From: an uncultured Pseudomonadota bacterium
GTDB lineage: Bacteria > Pseudomonadota > Alphaproteobacteria > RF32 > CAG-239
Length of the DNA: 60,808 nt
Direction of reading: 5' to 3'
Assembly: GCA_949295005.1 (NCBI GenBank)
Contig: CASFJL010000004.1
Location: 1-60,808 of the forward strand
Every line of letters begins with the position of its first letter. The first letter of the stretch is position 1. Below are positions 40,271 to 49,874 of the stretch, piece by piece. The translations under genes and the position numbers were made by a program. Below the pieces are notes generated by a model. The model did not search any database. It was not told where the DNA came from and saw only the letters and a program-made list of their open reading frames with translations.

Positions 40271-41671
40271 CTATCTTGCAGATATAAGAGACATTGAAGA
40301 TATTGTATCACCCATACCCACAAGCGTCACCGGTTTTTCAATCAAAATTGTCGGCAATGCAATAACATCAAAACCTTCATAAGTAGAAATACCTGTTTCA
40401 AGTAATTTTTCATCACCAATAAATTGAGCCAAATCAGCAAGCTCTTTCAAACCAACATCAGAAACTTCTTTACCTTGAGCCCAAAGCATATTTTCTTTAG
40501 CGTTAACATGTCCTGTGCCGGCTTTTCCGGCGGCAACGGTTGCCGCAACCATCATACCGTTTAGGTTTTCTTGTGGAGAAATTTTGGCATTTTTATCTTG
40601 AATTGTTATATACAAACCAAACATATGCAACTGTATTCTAGGTGTTTTGATTGCTTGCTTAATCTCAAGCAAAGCCTTGAACATATTCACACTATGTGTA
40701 TCTTCTTCACAAATTTTTGCCAAATTTTGTTGCCCGATAATTTCCAAAACATCAATTGTTTCACGCTCATTAACACCAACAGAATCAACTTGCGGCGCAA
40801 TTGTTTCAACAATAGCTTTACGCACGGCCAAATCTTGCGTAGAAGCAATTTCCAAATGCACGATTGTTCCGTTATCTTTCCAAATTTTGAGCATTGGCAA
40901 AACACTTTTGGTCAAAGTCACACCGTCATTATTTTCGGTTAAAGCATGAAAACCGGACAACACCATATAATTAAGCTTATTTTTCTCTGCAGCTTTAACA
41001 AAGTTTTCATCCATCACCAAATATAAATTCAAAGGATCATAAGTAGCAATAAAACGATTAGATTTAGGACAAACAAATTCTTCATTTTCCAGTTTAATAA
41101 CATCACCTTTATCAAACTCAATAATCCAGTGAATCAGAGGGATATCTGTTTTTCTGTCAATTTGATAAGCGGGTTTTTCATTTCCGTTTTCATCAAAAGA
41201 CAAAAGATTATTCAAAGGCAAAAATTGGTCAGCTTGAAGCTTGGGCAAAGAGTTAGCGTGAGCATACACTTTTTGAACACCGGCCACGGCCAAAACATTG
41301 GCGACAATTCCGCCTTGTCCGCCCATTTGCAAGCGGTCATATCCTAAATGTTTGACCATCCAATCATAAACCAATTTATCTTCAGTCAACCATTCTTCAG
41401 CAATTCCTTTAGAAAAGCATTTAAAAATTCCTCTTAAGACATCATCGCCGGAGCAAAGTTTTGTTTCTTGAATATGCTTCAAATCAGCCAAAGACATTTT
41501 TTGTTGTTGAACCAACTTAACAAAATCAGCCCCTTTAATTTTCAACACGGCATCCACATTTGCATTAAATGCGGTTGCGGCGGAAGAAACCGTCTTAACT
41601 TTTTCCAGTGTTTGAGGCACATGAACATATTTTTCTCGCCAATTTTTTTTCAAAGCAACAAAATCTGTCAT
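40271..41671 (-). CDS. ADP-dependent glucokinase/phosphofructokinase family (PfkC)
   Basis: NANVDA, MGGQGGIVAN, IHWIIEF, P.SNRFI, HLEIAS, GVNERE, TLVGMGDTISS. Confidence 0.88.
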   Translation of the reverse strand: MTDFVALKKNWREKYVHVPQTLEKVKTVSSAATAFNANVDAVLKIKGADFVKLVQQQKMSLADLKHIQETKLCSGDDVLRGIFKCFSKGIAEEWLTEDKLVYDWMVKHLGYDRLQMGGQGGIVANVLAVAGVQKVYAHANSLPKLQADQFLPLNNLLSFDENGNEKPAYQIDRKTDIPLIHWIIEFDKGDVIKLENEEFVCPKSNRFIATYDPLNLYLVMDENFVKAAEKNKLNYMVLSGFHALTENNDGVTLTKSVLPMLKIWKDNGTIVHLEIASTQDLAVRKAIVETIAPQVDSVGVNERETIDVLEIIGQQNLAKICEEDTHSVNMFKALLEIKQAIKTPRIQLHMFGLYITIQDKNAKISPQENLNGMMVAATVAAGKAGTGHVNAKENMLWAQGKEVSDVGLKELADLAQFIGDEKLLETGISTYEGFDVIALPTILIEKPVTLVGMGDTISSMSLISAR

Positions 41672-41686
41672 AACTTTTACTCCTAA

Positions 41687-43147
41687 TTAATCCTCATCAT
41701 CTTCATTTTCAATTTCGGCAATCTGTTCAGCAATTTCATCAGAAACTTCTGCAAATCTAGGACCTTCAAATTTTTCCAAATAAAGATGCCATTTTTTAGT
41801 TGCAAAAGCACCACATTGTTCGCAAACGGCTTCCCATTCATGAGATGCATGACCGCAATCATCACAAACCCAAGCGGCATCTTCATCGCATTGGTCGATT
41901 CGTTTGCGCCATTCGGCAGCGGCCTTTTTATTATTATTTCCTTTTTCTTCATAAATAGCCATCAATTCACAAATTTTCTTAGTGCAAGGATTATTTATAA
42001 TAAACATATCAATCTCAGCTTTAGCCTTTTTCCATAATCCACCTTGAATAGCCAACTCTGCAATAAGCAAATTATTCAAAGAGGGGCGCAATCCGTTAAT
42101 TTGAGCCAAAGATTCAACTTTTTTAATTTTATCCAACAAATCATCTTCGGGATTAAGAGCCAAATATTCATAAGCCAAAACATCAACCGGATTTCTTCTC
42201 CAGGTTTCCATCAAAACATGAGAAGCTTTTCTAATCTGATTATCATTATTTTTATAATAATGAGCCAAAGCAACGGCAGCCGGAACCAAAGTTGGATCTG
42301 TATCTAAAGATTGGCTTGCATATCTGAAAAAATTAACATCATCTTCTTTTGCTTTAAATTCATTAGCCATTTCCAACAAAACAATAGCTTTGCTGCGATT
42401 ATAATTAAACTTGCTGACCATTTTTTTCTTCAAGCCGGCTTCCAATACCTGCAAAGCGCCATCCCAATCTTTTGCCTTTGCGCGGAGTTCAAAAGCGCTT
42501 TCAATAACCCAGTACAAATCTTGGCGCAACTCATAGGCTTTATTAACACTTTCCAAAGCTTCTTTAAACTCTTTCTTTTGAGTCTGAGCTTCAACGGCAG
42601 CTTTCAAACCAATCAATTGAACATTTTCATTTTTAACCAATTTGGCAGAAAGTTTTTCCATTTTATCAAAATCTTTCTCACCCTTATAAATTTTCATTTT
42701 CAAAACATCAATAATAGGGTCATTACCAATAATTTTTTTCAATTTATTCAAAGAAGAACGAGCTTCTTTCATATCACCTGCGGTAATAGAAGTCATGGCT
42801 TGCAAAACCAAGAGCATGGAATTATCAAAATCATGACGATTAATAATCATTTTTTCACTAATTTTTCCGGCCAAAACATCAATAGCGGCATTTTCATCAG
42901 TATTATCATTAAAGACCGAGGTTCTATAAACTTCTTTAAGCTGAGCCTTTTGAACACGGCGAATAATTCTGGTTATAAAATCTATAACCGCAAAAATAAC
43001 CAACAAAAAGAGCATGGCTTCTGGGATAGAAAATTCAAAATAAATTTTTCTCCAGCTCACAGCCACCAGACTTGATCTATCCATCATCCATAGAGTAAAA
43101 GTAAAGATAAGCCCCAAAAAGATAAATATTGATGTTTTTCTAGTCAT
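41687..43147 (-). CDS. HemY_N/TPR protein (Orf52-like) with C-terminal Zn ribbon
   Basis: Two N-terminal TM segments, AGD...A, TPR-like helices, WVCDDCG..EWEAVCEQCGAF. Confidence 0.8.
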   Translation of the reverse strand: MTRKTSIFIFLGLIFTFTLWMMDRSSLVAVSWRKIYFEFSIPEAMLFLLVIFAVIDFITRIIRRVQKAQLKEVYRTSVFNDNTDENAAIDVLAGKISEKMIINRHDFDNSMLLVLQAMTSITAGDMKEARSSLNKLKKIIGNDPIIDVLKMKIYKGEKDFDKMEKLSAKLVKNENVQLIGLKAAVEAQTQKKEFKEALESVNKAYELRQDLYWVIESAFELRAKAKDWDGALQVLEAGLKKKMVSKFNYNRSKAIVLLEMANEFKAKEDDVNFFRYASQSLDTDPTLVPAAVALAHYYKNNDNQIRKASHVLMETWRRNPVDVLAYEYLALNPEDDLLDKIKKVESLAQINGLRPSLNNLLIAELAIQGGLWKKAKAEIDMFIINNPCTKKICELMAIYEEKGNNNKKAAAEWRKRIDQCDEDAAWVCDDCGHASHEWEAVCEQCGAFATKKWHLYLEKFEGPRFAEVSDEIAEQIAEIENEDDED

Positions 43148-44126
43148 TTTTTATTTCCTTTTTAATAAAATTGACCTTCAAAGAAGCCAAATAAAAAACA
43201 GATATTTTAGAAACAGCTTCGTCAAAAGCAATTTTTTGTTCTGCCTTTTTCATCCAACCAAGCAAATCTGCATTATTGAGCAAATTTTGATTAGGAAGAT
43301 ATTTAAGTTCTAACACAGCTTTTTTAATATTTCCTGAATTTACCAAAATTTTTATATTATTTAATTGAGAAAAGAAATTTTCATCGGGTGTATTTTGATT
43401 TTTTTTCTGAATTTTAATATATTCACCTAACTTATTGTTTAATCTATCTTTCCATGTTTTTTCAGATTCATTTTTATATTTATCTAAAATTTGTTGATAA
43501 ATTTCAGGAAAAGACTGCATTAAATAAGCCTGACCATACACACCCTCAACACTTGCTTGTTTAATAACCAAAAGAGGTTGCTGAATTTCCGGCGTATCTT
43601 GAGCCAATTGATTTAATATTTCTGCCTCATACACAAAACTTCCACCATTTTCGGCACTATTTTTAACCATCATGGTAGCGGTTAACAAGATGGCGCTTTT
43701 ATCTGTAATTTTGTTCAATTTATCAAGCTGAAATTCAGCCTTATCCAATCTGGTTAACAAGCCCAAAACCACCGCCACATCGGCCTTTGAATTAATAATA
43801 TTTTGATTAATATTTTCCAAGTTCTCAAAACGCTTTTCCAACAAAGCACCGTCAACTTGATTTTCTTGCTTGTTTTGAATTGCATTGAGCTGCATTTTAA
43901 GAGAAGCAACTTCCCTTTGGAGTAGATTTAACTGATTAACTTCTTCTTGTTTTGATTCGTTTGCAAAAACTGCCTCTATTTTTTGCAAAATTTGTGGATT
44001 TTTCCAAATACCGTAACCACCAAGAGCAACCACCCCGCACAAAAGAACTGTTGCACCAAACTTTTTTGCAGAATTTTTATTAGTCTTAATCTGCTCTTTT
44101 TCAACAACCGTTTTATCTTCAGCCAT
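43140..44126 (-). CDS. Mitofilin/Mic60-like (COG4223) inner-membrane protein
   Basis: N-terminal TM segment, coiled coil, C-terminal GNIKKAVLELKYL...W.KKAEQK signature; sits between tsaD and the HemY-like gene. Confidence 0.72.
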   Translation of the reverse strand: MAEDKTVVEKEQIKTNKNSAKKFGATVLLCGVVALGGYGIWKNPQILQKIEAVFANESKQEEVNQLNLLQREVASLKMQLNAIQNKQENQVDGALLEKRFENLENINQNIINSKADVAVVLGLLTRLDKAEFQLDKLNKITDKSAILLTATMMVKNSAENGGSFVYEAEILNQLAQDTPEIQQPLLVIKQASVEGVYGQAYLMQSFPEIYQQILDKYKNESEKTWKDRLNNKLGEYIKIQKKNQNTPDENFFSQLNNIKILVNSGNIKKAVLELKYLPNQNLLNNADLLGWMKKAEQKIAFDEAVSKISVFYLASLKVNFIKKEIKND

Positions 44127-44207
44127 ATCAAAATTCCTTATTTGCTATTTTTATTTTATTAGTGTATATAAATAAAAAAAACTTTCAATAAAAACTGGAA
44201 AAAAGTA

Positions 44208-45287
44208 ATGTATGTTTTAGGAATTGAGAGCAGTTGTGATGAAACGGCTGCTGCCATTGTGAATGAAAAAAAAGAAATCATCAGTCAATCATTGTGGACA
44301 CAAATAGAAGACCACAAAGTTTTTGGTGGTGTTGTTCCCGAAATTGCTGCCAGAGCACATCTGGAACATATTGATGAAATTATCAATCACACACTGCAAA
44401 AAGCCAATTTACAACCTGAAGATATTGATGCTTTTGCCGCCTCTTCCGGACCGGGGTTAATTGGTGGTGTGGTTATTGGTGTTATGGCCGCCAAAGCTCT
44501 TTGCTTAGCCTTAAACAAACCCTTTATTGCCGTCAATCATTTGGAAGGTCACGCTTTAGCCCCCAGATTGACCGGAGATGTAAAATATCCATATTTGCTT
44601 CTTTTGGTTTCAGGCGGACATTGCCAAATTCTTATCGTAAAAGGCGTTGGTGATTTTGAACGCTTGGGCACCACGATTGATGATGCCGCAGGAGAAGCTT
44701 TTGATAAAGTTTCCAAAATGCTCAATTTAGGATACCCTGGCGGACCAATGATTGAAAAAATGGCCGAAATCGGAGATGAAGACAGATTCGTTTTACCTCA
44801 TCCGTTAGCAAATTCGGGGGACTGTAATCTTTCTTTTTCAGGTCTTAAAACTGCTGTTAGAAAAATCATTGAATCATACTCTCCAGACGGTGATATCAAA
44901 AACAGCATATTAGATAAAAAAGACACGGCAGATATTTGCGCCAGCTTTCAAAAAGCCGTCGCCGACAGTTTGATTCACAAGCTTGAAAAAGCCATAAAAA
45001 TATTCAAACAAAAATACCCAGAAGGCAAAGATATTGTAGTTTCCGGAGGTGTTGCCGCCAACACATATTTGCGTAAAAAAATGGCTGCTTTAGCTGAAAA
45101 TGAAGGTTTGATTTTTTCTGCCCCGCCTATTCGTTTTTGCACGGACAACGGAGTTATGATTGCTTGGGCCGGAATGGAGCGTTTTCAAAAAGGTCTGTTT
45201 AATGAATTAGACTTCAAACCAAGACCTCGCTGGCCGTTAGATGAAAACGCCCCCAAAGCGGCCGGAGCCGGAGGCGTTAAGGCATGA
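44208..45287 (+). CDS. tsaD: tRNA N6-threonylcarbamoyltransferase TsaD
   Basis: LGIESSCDETAAA, GGVVPEIAARAH, HLEGH, GEAFDK, CTDNGVMIAW. Confidence 0.97.
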   Translation: MYVLGIESSCDETAAAIVNEKKEIISQSLWTQIEDHKVFGGVVPEIAARAHLEHIDEIINHTLQKANLQPEDIDAFAASSGPGLIGGVVIGVMAAKALCLALNKPFIAVNHLEGHALAPRLTGDVKYPYLLLLVSGGHCQILIVKGVGDFERLGTTIDDAAGEAFDKVSKMLNLGYPGGPMIEKMAEIGDEDRFVLPHPLANSGDCNLSFSGLKTAVRKIIESYSPDGDIKNSILDKKDTADICASFQKAVADSLIHKLEKAIKIFKQKYPEGKDIVVSGGVAANTYLRKKMAALAENEGLIFSAPPIRFCTDNGVMIAWAGMERFQKGLFNELDFKPRPRWPLDENAPKAAGAGGVKA

Positions 45288-45919
45288 GAAACAAACAAGA
45301 CATTTTAGATATTATGGCCATTTTTCAAGCCAAAGACCCCAACCCCAGATGCGAGCTAGATTACACAAACGCCTTCACTCTCTTGGTTGCTGTTGTCTTA
45401 TCGGCACAAAGCACGGATAAAGGTGTTAACAAAGCCACCAAAGATTTATTCGCCGTTGCCGACACACCACAAAAGATGGCTGATTTAGGCTTAGAAAAAA
45501 TAAAAGAATATATTAAAACCATTGGACTATATAATAATAAAGCCAAAAACATTTTGGCCTTAAGCCAAGAACTGGTCAGCAAATATCACGGCATTGTCCC
45601 TAAAGACCGCGAAGCTTTGGAAGCCCTCCCCGGTGTGGGCAGAAAAACCGCCAATGTTGTCTTAAATGTATGGTTCAATCAACCTACACTGGCCGTAGAT
45701 ACCCATGTGATGCGCATTTCTCAAAGATTAGGTTTCAGCAACGGGAAAACACCTCTGGCCATAGAACAAGATTTAATGAAGGTCTTGCCGTTGGAATATG
45801 TAAAAAACGCCAACCATTGGCTGGTATTATTCGGACGTTATATTTGCAAGGCGCAAAAACCAGATTGCCCTAATTGCCCAATTGCATCTTATTGCCACAG
45901 CAAAGACAAAAAACTTTAA
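45284..45919 (+). CDS. nth: Endonuclease III
   Basis: LSAQSTD, LPGVGRKTANVV, VDTH, C-terminal C-x6-C-x2-C-x5-C. Confidence 0.97.
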   Translation: MRNKQDILDIMAIFQAKDPNPRCELDYTNAFTLLVAVVLSAQSTDKGVNKATKDLFAVADTPQKMADLGLEKIKEYIKTIGLYNNKAKNILALSQELVSKYHGIVPKDREALEALPGVGRKTANVVLNVWFNQPTLAVDTHVMRISQRLGFSNGKTPLAIEQDLMKVLPLEYVKNANHWLVLFGRYICKAQKPDCPNCPIASYCHSKDKKL

Positions 45920-45920
45920 T

Positions 45921-45951
45921 AAAAAAAGAGGATTTTCATCCTCTTTTTTTT
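45921..45951. terminator. Bidirectional terminator
   Basis: AAAAAAGAGGAT / ATCCTCTTTTTT. Confidence 0.85.
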
Positions 45952-47059
45952 AACCGTCTTCTAAGTGCAATAAAATAGAAATACTAATAAAAGAAGCCAC
46001 CAAAGTCGGCGTACAAACGGCTAAAAATGCCGGTATATTTCCACTCAAACCAAAAGCATAAATAAGTTGAGACATAAAATAAACCACAAAACCGGTAGTA
46101 ATCCCTCCCACAATCAAATACATCACGCCGCCTCTACGATTATTGGGTCGCAAGGCAAACAAAGCGGCCACCAACACCAAAGAACACAATAAGAAAGGAG
46201 AAACCAATAAAGAATAAAAACGCATTTTGTGCTTTTGCGCAGAAAAACCTGAAGACTCATAAAATTGAATTATAGCAGGCAAATTCCAAAAAGAAATAGC
46301 ATCCGGCTCAACAAAATTTTCTTTAATTCTATCCAATGTCAAAGCAGACTTATATTTCAGGCTATTTTTAGATTCGATTGGTTTTCCAGCTTCATAAATC
46401 TGCACATCTCGCAAATCAAAATAACCGTCATTTAACTTAGCGGCAAAAGCCTCGTAACGTCTTATTGGTTGAGATTGTCTATCCATCTCCAAAATACTGA
46501 CATCTCTTAAAAAGACAGAATCTTTACCTTCTTGTCTGGCAGATTTAGCCTGCATCACTTGAAAAGTGTCTTCAGAAACAGCTTCTCTCATCCACAAACC
46601 TTTGTCAGAAAACAACACGGCATTAGGATTTCTTGTATCAAAGCGATAATCCAAAGTTTCATAAATTTCATACATTTTAGCGGCAATCGGGTTGACCAAA
46701 GCCACATTAACAACACCCACCATAAACACGGCAAACAAAACAGGTGTTAAAAAGCCCCAAATTGATACACCCGCCGCACGGATAATAACAAATTCATTAC
46801 TTTTGCTCACACGCCAAAACGTAACCATGGAAGCAATCATCATCACAAATGGAAAAACCATATCCATGGTTCTGGGCATTTTTGTCAGACCAATTTGCAA
46901 CAAAAACCAAAAGGTAACATCTTCACGCCCCGATGCTTTGCGCAAGAGTTCAACCATCTCAAACATCAAGACCACGCCCATCACCATAAAGAGGACGGAC
47001 AAAAAATTAAAAACAATTTGTTTAGCCAAATAACGGCCGAGAATAGATTTTGGATTCAT
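45950..47059 (-). CDS. lptG: LPS export ABC transporter permease LptG
   Basis: 3+3 TM segments around a periplasmic domain; NEFVIIRAAGVSIW, GLWMRE, C-terminal LLHLEDG. Confidence 0.85.
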   Translation of the reverse strand: MNPKSILGRYLAKQIVFNFLSVLFMVMGVVLMFEMVELLRKASGREDVTFWFLLQIGLTKMPRTMDMVFPFVMMIASMVTFWRVSKSNEFVIIRAAGVSIWGFLTPVLFAVFMVGVVNVALVNPIAAKMYEIYETLDYRFDTRNPNAVLFSDKGLWMREAVSEDTFQVMQAKSARQEGKDSVFLRDVSILEMDRQSQPIRRYEAFAAKLNDGYFDLRDVQIYEAGKPIESKNSLKYKSALTLDRIKENFVEPDAISFWNLPAIIQFYESSGFSAQKHKMRFYSLLVSPFLLCSLVLVAALFALRPNNRRGGVMYLIVGGITTGFVVYFMSQLIYAFGLSGNIPAFLAVCTPTLVASFISISILLHLEDG

Positions 47060-47112
47060 TTTATTTTAACTTTAATTTTTTTCAAAACACCACAAAATTT
47101 ATCAAAAATGAA

Positions 47113-48039
47113 TTATTCGTCAAGCATAGATAAATAGCGTTCTATACTATCTGGCAAAATCACCACAATATTTTTTCCCTTCATTTCGGGACGTTGACCA
47201 AGTTTAACCGCTGCAAATAAAGCCGCACCGGCTGAAATTCCGGCAGCAACACCTTCCAAACAAGCCACATCTTTAGCCATTTTCAAAGCCTCATCATCGC
47301 TTATATCCATTATTTCACTGACCAATGATGCATCATAAAACTGAGGAACAAAACCAGCGCCAATCCCCGGAATTTTATGAGCACCGGCTTCTTTACCGTT
47401 CAAAACCGCACTGGAGGCCGGCTCAACACCAACCACATACAAATCAGGATTATATGTTTTCAAAGTAGAAGCCACACCGCTCAGTGTGCCGGAAGTTCCG
47501 ACCGCAGCCACAAAAGCATCTACATTTCCGGAAGTATCTTCAATAATCTCAATACTGGTAGAAAACCTGTGCGCATCAGGATTCGCTTCATTTGAAAACT
47601 GGCTCAATAATATTACGTTTGGATTTTTTTCAGCCAGCATATCTGCTTTAGCCAAAGCACCTTTCATTCCATCTTCGGCAGGGGTCAAAATCACCTCTGC
47701 ACCCAAATGTCTCATTAACAAGATTCTCTCTTTGGTCATATTTTCAGGCATGGTAATAACCAACTTATAACCCTTAGCAGCGCAAATTCCGGCCAACCCG
47801 ATACCGGTATTACCGCTTGTGGCTTCCACAAAAACGGTTTCGGCAGAAATGTTATGTTTTTTCTCAGCTTGTTCAATCATCTGCAAAGCCACGCGATCTT
47901 TAATTGAAAACAGTGGGTTCAAGAACTCGCACTTAGCCAGAATATTTGCTTTCACATGAAAATGTTTTGCCAAATGAGATAACTTCAGCATCGGTGTTTT
48001 ACCGACCAATTCTGTAATTGAGTTATAAATTTTTTTCAT
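47113..48039 (-). CDS. cysK: Cysteine synthase A
   Basis: NP.FSIKDR, EATSGNTGIG, VGTSGT, HKIPGIGAGF, LPDSIERYLS. Confidence 0.93.
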   Translation of the reverse strand: MKKIYNSITELVGKTPMLKLSHLAKHFHVKANILAKCEFLNPLFSIKDRVALQMIEQAEKKHNISAETVFVEATSGNTGIGLAGICAAKGYKLVITMPENMTKERILLMRHLGAEVILTPAEDGMKGALAKADMLAEKNPNVILLSQFSNEANPDAHRFSTSIEIIEDTSGNVDAFVAAVGTSGTLSGVASTLKTYNPDLYVVGVEPASSAVLNGKEAGAHKIPGIGAGFVPQFYDASLVSEIMDISDDEALKMAKDVACLEGVAAGISAGAALFAAVKLGQRPEMKGKNIVVILPDSIERYLSMLDE

Positions 48040-48147
48040 TTCTGCTCCAAAATAACGCTAAAATGTTTATAAAAGAGAATTAACACTTTTAATAGGAATA
48101 ACATTTCGTTAGTATTAACACAAAATATAAAAACATCAAACAAAGAA

Positions 48148-48708
48148 ATGAAAAAAAATAAAATAATATTTTATACATTGCTTTTAGTTTTTTTTGCCAA
48201 TCCGACTTTTAGTGCAAGTTTGGATGAAATTTATCGTGACATAATCAGAGATGACAACAGCGGCTATCTTCCCATATTTGTAAAAAACAGAACAAGACCA
48301 GAATTTTTATTTGAAGAAGAAATACAAAAAAGCCAAACACCACCGGCAACTCAAAACACATCACCTGTTGTTAATTTAACCAATGAATATAAAATAAAAG
48401 CAGATGCTCTCAAAGCAGAAGAAGAGCAATGGCAAGCCGCATTAACAGCAATAAAAAATAATAACATCACCCCAAAAGAATTAAAAACCTTAGATGACCA
48501 AGTTGCCAAAAACAACCCTCAGGCTATTGAAATAAAAGCATGGATGTTTGCCAAAGGATACGGCATCAAACAAGATTTAATATCTTCTTTTATATTATAT
48601 CGCAAAGCCGAAAAACTTGGTGTTAAAGACGCACTTAAAAACGCAGCTCAAGTATATAAAACCATGACCAGAGAGCAAAGAGAAAGCTTAGCTCAGGTAA
48701 AAGAATAA
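48148..48708 (+). CDS. Exported hypothetical protein with one Sel1-like repeat
   Basis: Signal peptide; A....AWMFAKGYGIKQDL..S..LYRKA. Confidence 0.7.
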   Translation: MKKNKIIFYTLLLVFFANPTFSASLDEIYRDIIRDDNSGYLPIFVKNRTRPEFLFEEEIQKSQTPPATQNTSPVVNLTNEYKIKADALKAEEEQWQAALTAIKNNNITPKELKTLDDQVAKNNPQAIEIKAWMFAKGYGIKQDLISSFILYRKAEKLGVKDALKNAAQVYKTMTREQRESLAQVKE

Positions 48709-48711
48709 ACC

Positions 48712-49206
48712 TCAGCTTTTGTACATTTCTTTCAAAGCCAGCCAATGGGTATAATTAATTTTTGTTGTTCCGGCAATAATATCTTCAATTTTCACCCAAG
48801 CGGCAAAACCGTTTTCAGGCGTTTTCCATTTTTCATCTGAAGAATGAAAACCGTAAGAAGAAGCATCATAAAGAATAAATCTTTGCTCATAAATACAAAA
48901 AACACCTTTAGGTTTGGCATCACCGGCATAATAATTGATTGTTTGCAAAAAGTCTTTTTCACCATAATCAAGCATAAAATCTATTCCGGTTTCTTCATAA
49001 AGTTTTCTATACAAACAATCTCTGAAATCTTCTTTTCTATCCACTGTACCTCCCGGAAATTCGGGTACTTTAACCAAAGGAGGATACGTCAATAAAACCT
49101 TGTTATCCCAGACCAATATGGCAAAATATCCTTTTTGATGCATGGGAATAACATCATCACCGGCATATTTTTTTCTTCCGTATCTATCAAAAAAGATATT
49201 ACTCAT
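48712..49206 (-). CDS. NUDIX-family hydrolase
   Basis: PGGTVDRKEDFRDCLYRKLYEETGI (Nudix box with RE changed to RK). Confidence 0.75.
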   Translation of the reverse strand: MSNIFFDRYGRKKYAGDDVIPMHQKGYFAILVWDNKVLLTYPPLVKVPEFPGGTVDRKEDFRDCLYRKLYEETGIDFMLDYGEKDFLQTINYYAGDAKPKGVFCIYEQRFILYDASSYGFHSSDEKWKTPENGFAAWVKIEDIIAGTTKINYTHWLALKEMYKS

Positions 49207-49864
49207 GCAAAGATGCTTCCTTAATCAGTTCATTAACAAAATCATTCAAGCCGGTTTGGCGCACACGTTTCATTCTTTCACCGGAAATAATTTTTTGAAT
49301 TTTTGTTATTGTTTCTTCCACATTAACATTAACAATAACATAATCAAACTCATTCCAATGGCTCATTTTATCTAAAACCATCCCCATTCTTTTATCAATG
49401 AGTTCTTGGCTATCGGTACCGCGATTTTGCAATCTTTCACGCAGTTCTTTAATTGAAGGTGGCAACAAATAAATTGTAACCACATCATCAGGAGCTTTTG
49501 CGCGCATTTGACGAGCACCGACCCAATCCATATCAAAGAGCACGTCTTCACCCACATTCAAAAAGCTATCAACTTCCGAGCGCAAAGTTCCGTATCTGTT
49601 ACCATATTGAGAATCAACAAACTCATAAAAAGCATCTTGTTTCACATATTCATTATATTGCTCATCAGAAATAAAGTAATAATCCACACCGTCTTTTTCA
49701 CCTTCACGCGGAGCTCTGGTTGTAACGGAAACAGAAAATTTGATATTAGGATCTCTTTTCAAAATTTCTTTAGCAATAGTACCTTTACCCACGCCGGAAG
49801 GCCCTTCAATAATAAACATGGCACCACGACGAACTTGTTTTAATTTTTCAATAATTGCATTCAT
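49199..49864 (-). CDS. gmk: Guanylate kinase
   Basis: GPSGVGKGT, SVTTRAPREGE.DGVDYYF, YGT, PPS. Confidence 0.97.
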   Translation of the reverse strand: MNAIIEKLKQVRRGAMFIIEGPSGVGKGTIAKEILKRDPNIKFSVSVTTRAPREGEKDGVDYYFISDEQYNEYVKQDAFYEFVDSQYGNRYGTLRSEVDSFLNVGEDVLFDMDWVGARQMRAKAPDDVVTIYLLPPSIKELRERLQNRGTDSQELIDKRMGMVLDKMSHWNEFDYVIVNVNVEETITKIQKIISGERMKRVRQTGLNDFVNELIKEASLHE

Positions 49865-49874
49865 TTTTTTAATC

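Noticed and set aside
42311-43075. 254-aa plus-strand ORF
   Set aside because: Antisense shadow of the HemY-like gene; F/I/N-rich composition and no motifs
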